NCBI GenBank assembly: GCA_964558655.1
Contig: CAZLEX010000002.1
Location: forward strand, 65,600 to 129,599
DNA: 64,000 nt
Direction: 5' to 3'
From: an uncultured Oscillospiraceae bacterium
Lineage (GTDB): Bacteria; Bacillota; Clostridia; Oscillospirales; SIG627
Shown here: positions 38,917 through 46,682 of the stretch, piece after piece
Layout: each line of letters begins with the position of its first letter
How positions within the stretch are numbered: the first letter of the stretch is position 1
Translations under genes and position numbers: made by a program
The notes under the pieces: generated by a model
Seen by the model: only the letters and a program-made list of their open reading frames with translations
Told to the model about the DNA's origin: nothing
Database searches by the model: none

Positions 38917-39198
38917 ATGTTTCAAGGTTTGTTGCCGATAGGTTCGGTAGTTCTTTTAAAAGATAGCACTAAAAGAGTTATGATTATAGGTGTTTGTCAA
39001 AAAGGTGCTAATGATCCGTCTAAGATTTGGGATTATGCAGGTGTAGTTTTTCCCGAAGGCTATCTTTCTGCGGATAAGGTCTTTCTTTTTGATACCAACC
39101 AGATAGGTCAAATATATCAGATTGGATATCTTGATGCGGAGTCTCTTGCATTTAAGGTTAAGGTTGATGAAGCAATTAAGAAGATCAGAGAAGAGTAA
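38917..39198 (+). CDS. DUF4176-family protein
   Basis: LPIGSVVLLKD...MIIG...WDYAGVVFPEG pattern. ATG at 38917 follows GGAGGT. I know this family as a T7SSb accessory. Confidence 0.75.
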   Translation: MFQGLLPIGSVVLLKDSTKRVMIIGVCQKGANDPSKIWDYAGVVFPEGYLSADKVFLFDTNQIGQIYQIGYLDAESLAFKVKVDEAIKKIREE

Positions 39199-39400
39199 TT
39201 TTGGTGAGCCGGGTCTTCTACTTGACTCTTTTGCATTTGCACAGAGATTATATCAATATAAATTGTTTGTAATGACATATTAAAATTACAGATGATGCTA
39301 CCGATGCAACGGTGGTTTGAGTGTAGCGCGAAAGATATCGCATTTCATTTGCAAAAAGCGGATTTTCGGTTTGAAATGACTTGAAAAAACGGTAGCGATA

Positions 39401-39444
39401 TGTTACAATATTGACGGTACGGCAAGAAGCTGTACCGTCAATAT
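39401..39444 (+). promoter_or_regulatory. Extended -10 element plus 13-bp perfect inverted repeat in the GH42 leader
   Basis: TGtTACAAT (39401-39409). ATATTGACGGTAC (39408-39420) / GTACCGTCAATAT (39432-39444) with an 11-nt loop, ending 20 nt before the GH42 start. Confidence 0.5.
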
Positions 39445-39464
39445 TTATATTTAGGAGAAAAAAG

Positions 39465-41504
39465 ATGTTTTTTGACGAGATTGTTCACGGCGTTCAGTAT
39501 TACCGCAGTCCCACACCGCTTCCGGAAGAATGGGAAACGGATATTCCCAATTTTGAAAAATACAATCTTGACGCTTTTCAGATAAGAATCAACTGGCGAT
39601 GGAACGAAAGGCGAGAGGACGAGTACGACTTTTCCGATGTTGACAGGCTTTTGGAACTTGCCGAAAAGAACGGTCGAAAAGTAATAATGAAATTCCTTTT
39701 GGAATGTGCGCCGCAATACATTTTTGAAAAATATTCAGGCACGAGAATAGGCTCCAAAGGCGAGCTTATACGACCGGGTTCGCACGGCGCGTTTTACGGT
39801 GGCTGGCTCCCTTGCTTTACCAATCCGTATGTTAGAGAAAGAGCCGTAAAATTTGTCGAAAAGGTTGCCGAACGGTACAGCACGAACAAAAATATCATTA
39901 TATGGAATGCATGGAACGAAATAAGGAACCGTCCCGTTGACGAATGTTTCTGCCCGCATTGCCGAAAAGCTTTCGGGGAATATCTGAAAGAAAAATATAC
40001 GACGGTAGAAAATTTAAATAAATTTTACGGAGTTGCCGAAGAAAGTTTTGAGACGGTAAATCTTCCGGTAATGGCACACGGATTTTGGGATATTTACGAA
40101 TTTAAAAAATTCAAGGGCAGTTACGAATTAAAAAACTACTTAAAATTTGTTTACGACGCTATAAGAAAATACGACAAAACAACTCCAATAATGGCTCATG
40201 TCGGAGCTTGCAGTGCCTTTCAGACGACAATAGGGGATATCTGCGACGACTACAATGTTTCGGGTGCCGTCGATTTTTACGGAACGAGTTTGCCGTTTGA
40301 TACAAGAATGTTTTCGCACGAAAATCGCATGAACATGATGACGCTTTGCGATTTCATGAGAAGTGTCGACGAGAATTACTTTATACACGAGATATATCCG
40401 AGTCTGGGTATGTTTAAGGTGTACGACACTCCGTTCGACATGAAATACAAGCTTTACTGCGGTTTGTCCTGCGGTGCAAAGGGGCTTGTTTACTGGCAGT
40501 ACAGAGCAGAAAGGCTCGGTATGGAAAATGACTGCTCGGGCATTATGCACATGGACGGAACGCCGAGAGATGTGGCAGAAGAAATTAAAAAATTCGGTGC
40601 CGACCTCAAGAAAGATATGTGTTATTTCAAAGACGCTTCGCCGGTTTCGCAAGATGCGGCAATCGTTTTCGACTTTAATTCACAGCTCATGGCCGAAATC
40701 GAAGAAAACTGTGTCGAATGTTTCGACTTGAAACTTTACACGGGGCTTTTTTACTATCATAACGAGCATAAGGGTATGTATAATCTTTTGAGAAATACCG
40801 ATTACAATGTCGGCTATGTGGAAACATCTAACCCCGAACTGTTCAAAAATTACAAAATGCTGTTGTTCCCGTATTACACAATGCTCGACCAAAAAATTCT
40901 TCCGTATATCGAAAAGTTTGTCTCCGACGGCGGAACCGTTATTTTCGGCGAAGGCTTCGGTATGAGGCAGGAAAACACCTGGATGAACCCATATAGCATA
41001 AAAGCCGAATGTTTAATGAACGCCAAAATGCTTCACAGGGTGGAGGTTTCCGACGATTTTGTAACTCTTTTTGGCAAAAAAACGCAGATATACCCTTACA
41101 AAACGCAGTATTGTGCGCAAAATGCCGAAGTAGTTGCAAGATTTGACGACGGCACGGCGGCGGCCTTTGAGATTAAGCACGGCAAAGGAAAGATATATCT
41201 TTTGGGATTTGCACTCGGCTATTCGTATTTAAAGACCGGTGACAAAGTGTGGCAGGAGTTTATAGACAAAATCGCCCGGAATGCCGGACTTGAAAAGTGC
41301 GTCTTCGGTGATTTTGAAAACGGAATATACGAAAGGCGAATGGTTTGTAAAGATAAAGAAATCGTTTTTATATTTAACAATTCCGAAAGTGTGAAAAATT
41401 TTGATTTAGGCAAAAAAATCGTTTCGTACGGTGCCGATGCCTGTATCAATGACAGCGTAATGACACTAAAGCCCGGTGAAATCGGTTACGCTGTAACCGA
41501 ATAA
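39465..41504 (+). CDS. Beta-galactosidase, glycoside hydrolase family 42
   Basis: About 680 aa. GH42-type N-terminus (HGVQYYRSPTP), NAWNE acid/base region and a Cys cluster (CFCPHC). ATG at 39465 follows AGGAGA. Confidence 0.85.
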   Translation: MFFDEIVHGVQYYRSPTPLPEEWETDIPNFEKYNLDAFQIRINWRWNERREDEYDFSDVDRLLELAEKNGRKVIMKFLLECAPQYIFEKYSGTRIGSKGELIRPGSHGAFYGGWLPCFTNPYVRERAVKFVEKVAERYSTNKNIIIWNAWNEIRNRPVDECFCPHCRKAFGEYLKEKYTTVENLNKFYGVAEESFETVNLPVMAHGFWDIYEFKKFKGSYELKNYLKFVYDAIRKYDKTTPIMAHVGACSAFQTTIGDICDDYNVSGAVDFYGTSLPFDTRMFSHENRMNMMTLCDFMRSVDENYFIHEIYPSLGMFKVYDTPFDMKYKLYCGLSCGAKGLVYWQYRAERLGMENDCSGIMHMDGTPRDVAEEIKKFGADLKKDMCYFKDASPVSQDAAIVFDFNSQLMAEIEENCVECFDLKLYTGLFYYHNEHKGMYNLLRNTDYNVGYVETSNPELFKNYKMLLFPYYTMLDQKILPYIEKFVSDGGTVIFGEGFGMRQENTWMNPYSIKAECLMNAKMLHRVEVSDDFVTLFGKKTQIYPYKTQYCAQNAEVVARFDDGTAAAFEIKHGKGKIYLLGFALGYSYLKTGDKVWQEFIDKIARNAGLEKCVFGDFENGIYERRMVCKDKEIVFIFNNSESVKNFDLGKKIVSYGADACINDSVMTLKPGEIGYAVTE

Positions 41505-41508
41505 AAAG

Positions 41509-41538
41509 AAGCTGTGAGCAGACCGCTCACAGCTTTTT
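41509..41538. terminator. Bidirectional terminator between GH42 and the EF-G paralog
   Basis: 11-bp stem AAGCTGTGAGC / GCTCACAGCTT with a 5-nt loop, flanked by an A-tract upstream and a T-tract downstream. Confidence 0.8.
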
Positions 41539-41668
41539 CAGTCTCGCATGAATGTATTTTTAAGGATACATAAAACAAAACTATGCCGTTTCATCAAAAC
41601 GATTTTACTGTTTTATTAAGGGCAACTTTTTTGCGAGATTCTTCTGAGGAATTAATTCAAAAGCAGTT

Positions 41669-43732
41669 TTAATCTTCGGCATCGGATTTACGCTCTGCAA
41701 TAATCTTCTGTGCGATATTTGCGGGAACTTCGGCATATCTTGAAAATTCAAAAGCGAAGCTTCCGCGTCCCTGCGTCATTGCACGGAGCTGTATTGCGTA
41801 TGTTGTCATTTCCGACTTCGGAACTTCGGCTTCGATAAGCGTCATGCCGTGTTCCTTTTCGTCCTGAGATGTACCCAAAACTCTTCCGCGTCGCTTGTTC
41901 AAGTCGCCTATTACATCGCCCATGTAGTCGTCGGGGACTTTCACCGTGAGGTTGCCGACAGGTTCGAGAAGTACGGGAGACGCATTTTTCAGTCCCTCTT
42001 TGAAGGCGAGATTAGCCGCCAGCTTGAACGCCATTTCGGAGGAGTCTACATCGTGGTAGGAACCGTCGTAAAGATTGGCTTTGAGGTTGACTACGGGGTA
42101 TCCCGCAAGCACGCCTTTCTGCATGGATTCCAAAAGTCCTTTCTCAACGGCGGGGTGGAAATTCTTCGGAACGGATCCGCCGAAAATCGACTCGGTAAAC
42201 ACGAGCCCTTCTTCTTCACCAGGAGAGAACTCAATCTTGACATGACCGTACTGTCCGTGTCCGCCCGACTGTTTCTTGTGTTTGCCCTCTGCCTGAACCG
42301 ATTTCTTTATGGTTTCACGGTAGGGGATTTTTTCGGGAGAAAGTTTTACGCTTGTACCGAAACGGGCTTTGAGTTTTGCGGTGAGCACATCGAGGTGCAT
42401 ATCTCCCAATCCCGAAATTACCATTTGTTTGGTTTCGGCATTGTTGACATATTTAAGGCTCAAATCTTCTTCGAGAAGTTTTGCGATACCTTGAGATATC
42501 TTGTCTTCGTCACCCTTTGCGAGAGGTTCTATCGCCTGCGAATAATAGGGCTTCGGAAATTCTGTCTTGTGATAGGTAATGTTTCCGGAGAGGGAAAGAG
42601 TGTCATTGGTGTTGGCTGAAATCAATTTTGCGGTGAGACCTATATCTCCGCATACCATTTCTTCGACCTCTGTCTGTTTTTTACCTCTTGCACAGTAAAT
42701 CTTCGCAATTTTTTCTTCGGTTCCCGTGCGGGAGTTTTTAAGCACCGTGTCTTTCTTCAAAAGTCCGTTCATGACCTTGAAAAAGCTCATCTTTCCGACA
42801 AACGGATCGGCTACGGTCTTGAATATGAAGATTGCCGGTTCTCCGTCGGGAGATATTTCGATATCTTCTCCCTCTTCCGACATTTCGTGGGTTCTGGAGA
42901 CAGGGCTGGTAAAGGATTTCGAAACTTTATGCAAAAGGTAATCGATACCTTCCATTGTGAGAGCCGAACCTGAGAAAACGGGGACGATGTCTCCGAGTTT
43001 AAGCCCGGTCTGGAGTGCCTCTGCGATTTCGTCGTCGGTAAAGGGCTCGTCGGCAAAATATTTTTCCATGAGCTCGTCCGATGTCTGAGCCAGTGCTTCA
43101 AAGAGCATATGGCGGTATTCGAGAATAAACTCGGCATTGGGATCGGGTACGGGTATTTCTTCGGCTGTGCCGTTTGTGTACTTGTACGCCTTGACTTTTA
43201 TGATATCGACATAACCGACGGTTTTGTGATTTTCGAAAAGAGGTACATAGAGTGGGCAGACCGCTTGACCGAAAAGTTCTTTCAAACGGTTGAGAATCGC
43301 CGTGAAGTTGATATTGCTCTCGTCCATTCTGTTTATGAAGAACGCTTTGGCAACACCTGCCTTTTCGGCTTCTTTCCATGCAAGTTCGGCACCTACCTCA
43401 ACTCCCGCTTTCGCGTCGATTACTATAAGTGCGTTACGCACAACACGCAGTGCCTGACATATTTCGGCATTAAAATCGAGATAACCCGGAGTATCTATAA
43501 AATTAATTTTCTTATTATCGTAGAATACGGGGGCTATTGCCGACGATACGGACATTTCACGCTTTATCTCTTCCGGATCGAAATCGCACACGGTGTTTCC
43601 TTCGGAAATCTTTCCGAGCCTATCCGTCTGTTTTGTGTAGTAAAGAAGAGCTTCGGCAAGAGAAGTCTTTCCGCTTCCGCTGTGTCCCAAGAGACATACA
43701 TTTCTGATTTGCCTTGATAAAATATCCGCCAT
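41669..43732 (-). CDS. Elongation factor G paralog (translational GTPase)
   Basis: G1 GHSGSGKTS, then DTPG and NRMD, with EF-G domains II-V. Start set at MADILSRQIRNV (43732). The 35-codon upstream extension has no homology signal. Confidence 0.85.
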   Translation of the reverse strand: MADILSRQIRNVCLLGHSGSGKTSLAEALLYYTKQTDRLGKISEGNTVCDFDPEEIKREMSVSSAIAPVFYDNKKINFIDTPGYLDFNAEICQALRVVRNALIVIDAKAGVEVGAELAWKEAEKAGVAKAFFINRMDESNINFTAILNRLKELFGQAVCPLYVPLFENHKTVGYVDIIKVKAYKYTNGTAEEIPVPDPNAEFILEYRHMLFEALAQTSDELMEKYFADEPFTDDEIAEALQTGLKLGDIVPVFSGSALTMEGIDYLLHKVSKSFTSPVSRTHEMSEEGEDIEISPDGEPAIFIFKTVADPFVGKMSFFKVMNGLLKKDTVLKNSRTGTEEKIAKIYCARGKKQTEVEEMVCGDIGLTAKLISANTNDTLSLSGNITYHKTEFPKPYYSQAIEPLAKGDEDKISQGIAKLLEEDLSLKYVNNAETKQMVISGLGDMHLDVLTAKLKARFGTSVKLSPEKIPYRETIKKSVQAEGKHKKQSGGHGQYGHVKIEFSPGEEEGLVFTESIFGGSVPKNFHPAVEKGLLESMQKGVLAGYPVVNLKANLYDGSYHDVDSSEMAFKLAANLAFKEGLKNASPVLLEPVGNLTVKVPDDYMGDVIGDLNKRRGRVLGTSQDEKEHGMTLIEAEVPKSEMTTYAIQLRAMTQGRGSFAFEFSRYAEVPANIAQKIIAERKSDAED

Positions 43733-43821
43733 TTTCCATACCTCCTTCGGCAGTATCTGTATATTTCTATTATACATGAAAAAACACCGTCTTTCAATAC
43801 CGTATTTAATTGCAGCACAGA

Positions 43822-43865
43822 GAAAAAAAGCCCGCACTTTTGGTTATTTTTCACAAAAGTGCGGG
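43822..43865 (-). terminator. Rho-independent terminator after the ABC-DUF1854-ABC operon
   Basis: 12-bp stem CCCGCACTTTTG / CAAAAGTGCGGG. The minus-strand transcript continues with CTTTTTTTC. Confidence 0.8.
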
Positions 43866-43894
43866 ATAAACATATGCTTTTTTGTTGTAAATGG

Positions 43895-46168
43895 TTATTT
43901 CTTCGCAATTGTTGACATGGTTCTCTGTGCCATGACCAAAGAAGCATAAATGCCGTTGAGCTTAAGAAGTTCCTCGTGAGTGCCGAATTCGACAATCTTC
44001 CCTTTGTCAAGCACAATGAGTTTCGTGGCGTTGCGGAGGGTGGACAGACGGTGGGCTATGGCGAAAGTGGTGCGGTCTTTGACAAGAGCCGAAATGGAAT
44101 TTTGGATTATCTGTTCGGTTTCGGTGTCCAGTGCACTTGTCGCTTCGTCGAGAATGAGTATCTTAGGGTTACGCAGTATAGCCCGTGCTATTGCGATTCT
44201 CTGCCGTTCTCCTCCCGACAGGGTATAACCTCTGTCTCCCACATAAGTCTGATATCCGTCGGGCAGTTTCATGATGAATTTGTGAGCACCCGCCGCTTTT
44301 GCCGCACGGATTATTTCTTCACGCGGCGCGTCGGGAGCGGCGTAGGAAAGGTTGTCGAAAACGGTGCCGGAAAATAGGAATGTTTCCTGAAGCACCACGC
44401 CCATCTGACTTCTCAGACAGTGCTGTGAAATGTTTCTGATGTCTGTGCCGTCGATTTTTACCGAACCTTCGCGGACATCGTAAAGACGCATTATCAGGTT
44501 TATCAGAGTGCTTTTTCCTACACCGGAACGACCGACAATTCCTATCATTTCGCCTTTTCCGACACTGAAAGAGATTTTTCTCAAAACATCCTCCGCATCT
44601 TCGTAACCGAAAGAAACATTGTCGAATTCAACATTCCCTTCAATCGTCATATCGTCTATGGCGTTCGGGCTGTCGGTAACATCGCCGGGTTCGTCGATTA
44701 TTTCGAAAATGTGAGTCATTGCAGTCGTTGCACGCTGAATGTATCGCGGCAGACGGGTGAGCCAGTCAAAAGAGTAATAAATCTGAGAGGTGAAAGCCGT
44801 GAACATGGTGAGGTCACCGATACTCATGCTTCCGCCTATAATGCGTTTTCCGACGAAAGCCATGACGAAATAGCTTCCGATACCGGTTATGTATGTCATG
44901 TAGGGGATAATCTTTGCCCATGTCACCTCGTTCTTTTCGGAGACGAGAGCGACTTTTTTTATGGCTTCGTCGTACTTTTTAATCTCTTTTTCTTCCATGC
45001 CGTAAACTTTGACGACTCTTATCCCGCGAAATACATCGTGGAGAACGGTGTTTGCGTCACTCTCCGTCATCCACTGGCGGTGATAGAGGCGGTGGGTAAA
45101 GTGCCAGACTTTTCTCACGACAAGCATAATAATCGGTGCGGGAATCATCACGAGGAGTGCCAGACGCCAATTGTAGATGAGCATAGCCGTGCCCACAAGA
45201 AGAATGATGACGGAATTTTCCACGAGCTGTGGGAGGAAGGTGACGAAAAAGTCGGATATTATGTCGGTGTCGCCTGTCATTCGGTTAATGAGGTCGCCCG
45301 AAGTCCTTTTCGACATTTCTCCCGTCGACATAAGCTGTATCTTATCAAAAAGAAGAGAACGCAGTTTTTTCGTGAGGTGCATATTTACACGGACGAGCAT
45401 ATTGGAACGGACTATTTCAAGCACTCGGTAAACAATTTGCAGAGAGGCAATGGATATGCAAAGAAGAACAATGCCCCTGAATACAGCCGAGCTTTCCTTT
45501 CCGCCGAAATCGCCTGACGGTGCGATATATCCGTCAACGAGAATTTTCTGGAGATAGGGATTTGCGATTTTTATGAGACTTAGTACGAAAAACAGGGAAA
45601 AAGCGAAAAAGAGCAGGGGAAAATCTTTTTTTACTATTCCGAAAAGCCTCTTTATATCGGAGGACTGTTTGTGACAGTGGAGGCAGACATTTACCCCTTT
45701 TTCAAACGGCTCGTGACATTTCGGACAGATACGCCTGTCGGGTTCGTAATGTATTTCCAAATCGGAATCGCCGTCGTATTCCAAAATTGTCTGAAGACAC
45801 CTTGCCGCATCGATGAGATAGGGTGCAAGGCTCATGTCGCAACGGCATATTTCCGTAGGCAGCCCGTCTTTTTTTCCCTCAAGGCTCACCGTGCCCACAC
45901 CCGTGCGCGTCGTAAATTCGGTAAAGCTGTCAATCTTAAAAGCTTGCACATTGGTCGGATCGCCCTCTTTTTCTCCCTCCCGTGCCGTGAAAATCATATT
46001 GCGGGTAACGCCAACCGCACCGCAGAGAGTTCTGTTTTCTTCATCGAGATTGAACGGGAAGCGGAAGAGGAGGGAAGTGCTTTCCTCCGAAATCCTGCCG
46101 TACAGACGGTTTTCGGCGGATTTTTGTTTATCCCGTAGGATTTTTCTCTCTTTTTTCCATACTTTCAT
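43895..46168 (-). CDS. ABC exporter half-transporter (TMD-NBD) with ~190-aa N-terminal extension containing a zinc ribbon
   Basis: Walker A GRSGVGKST, signature LSGGERQR and Walker B ILILDEA. Six TM segments. N-terminal CPKCHEPF...CLHCH. Confidence 0.85.
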   Translation of the reverse strand: MKVWKKERKILRDKQKSAENRLYGRISEESTSLLFRFPFNLDEENRTLCGAVGVTRNMIFTAREGEKEGDPTNVQAFKIDSFTEFTTRTGVGTVSLEGKKDGLPTEICRCDMSLAPYLIDAARCLQTILEYDGDSDLEIHYEPDRRICPKCHEPFEKGVNVCLHCHKQSSDIKRLFGIVKKDFPLLFFAFSLFFVLSLIKIANPYLQKILVDGYIAPSGDFGGKESSAVFRGIVLLCISIASLQIVYRVLEIVRSNMLVRVNMHLTKKLRSLLFDKIQLMSTGEMSKRTSGDLINRMTGDTDIISDFFVTFLPQLVENSVIILLVGTAMLIYNWRLALLVMIPAPIIMLVVRKVWHFTHRLYHRQWMTESDANTVLHDVFRGIRVVKVYGMEEKEIKKYDEAIKKVALVSEKNEVTWAKIIPYMTYITGIGSYFVMAFVGKRIIGGSMSIGDLTMFTAFTSQIYYSFDWLTRLPRYIQRATTAMTHIFEIIDEPGDVTDSPNAIDDMTIEGNVEFDNVSFGYEDAEDVLRKISFSVGKGEMIGIVGRSGVGKSTLINLIMRLYDVREGSVKIDGTDIRNISQHCLRSQMGVVLQETFLFSGTVFDNLSYAAPDAPREEIIRAAKAAGAHKFIMKLPDGYQTYVGDRGYTLSGGERQRIAIARAILRNPKILILDEATSALDTETEQIIQNSISALVKDRTTFAIAHRLSTLRNATKLIVLDKGKIVEFGTHEELLKLNGIYASLVMAQRTMSTIAKK

Positions 46169-46680
46169 AAGAACAGCTCTATCCTTCTGTAACTTTTTTT
46201 GCTAAGTTTCGCAAGGCTGGGAATTTCGTATCGGTTGCCGTCTATGTCCGAAACGACGGCACGGTCCTCGCCTATGCGGATAATGCTTCTGAAAGTGTCC
46301 TTGACCGTTATGGCTTTTTTGCCGGCGTCTGTCTCTATGCACCAATAGGAATTGCCGAATTTTTCCTCAAGCGATGTAATTTCGAGAATCTTCGGTATAA
46401 AATAGTGCCGTTCAAGCTCCCGCAGGAGCATATCTTCGGTGCTTTTGTCAAAAATGCCGATATCTTTTATTATTCCGAGTTCGTTTTTGTTTTCGTCCGT
46501 AACCGAAATGAAATTTTTCGGCATATCGTGCGGAAAAGCACGGCTCAGAAAGACTCTCACACTCTCTTTGCCGTCAACGCTTGCGAAAACGAATCCGTTT
46601 TTTTCGGTAAAAACGCAATTTTGTGCGTTCAGTGCGTAAATTTCGCCTATTGCGTTTTCGATTGATTCTTTTGTTTGCAT
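46165..46680 (-). CDS. DUF1854-like small cytosolic protein
   Basis: 171 aa, wedged between two ABC genes and overlapping the downstream one (ATGA). The family call rests on my recollection of this synteny and was not searched. Confidence 0.55.
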   Translation of the reverse strand: MQTKESIENAIGEIYALNAQNCVFTEKNGFVFASVDGKESVRVFLSRAFPHDMPKNFISVTDENKNELGIIKDIGIFDKSTEDMLLRELERHYFIPKILEITSLEEKFGNSYWCIETDAGKKAITVKDTFRSIIRIGEDRAVVSDIDGNRYEIPSLAKLSKKSYRRIELFL

Positions 46681-46682
46681 AT

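Noticed and set aside
39292-39381. 29-codon ORF (MMLPMQRWFECSAKDIAFHLQKADFRFEMT) in the spacer after DUF4176
   Set aside because: It has no Shine-Dalgarno sequence and no recognisable peptide class. It cannot be distinguished from chance in a 266-nt AT-rich spacer.
43733-43837. 35-codon N-terminal extension of the EF-G paralog, with similar extensions at 26554, 39411, 49194, 21341, 60247-60369 and 55358
   Set aside because: Each extension precedes an internal ATG that has a good Shine-Dalgarno sequence and begins the conserved part of the protein. Several extensions overlap predicted promoters or upstream genes.
44711-45517. 268-aa plus-strand ORF, plus 41849-42619, 43109-43717 and 9998-10624
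   Set aside because: These are antisense shadows of the ABC transporter, EF-G paralog and GH2 genes respectively.
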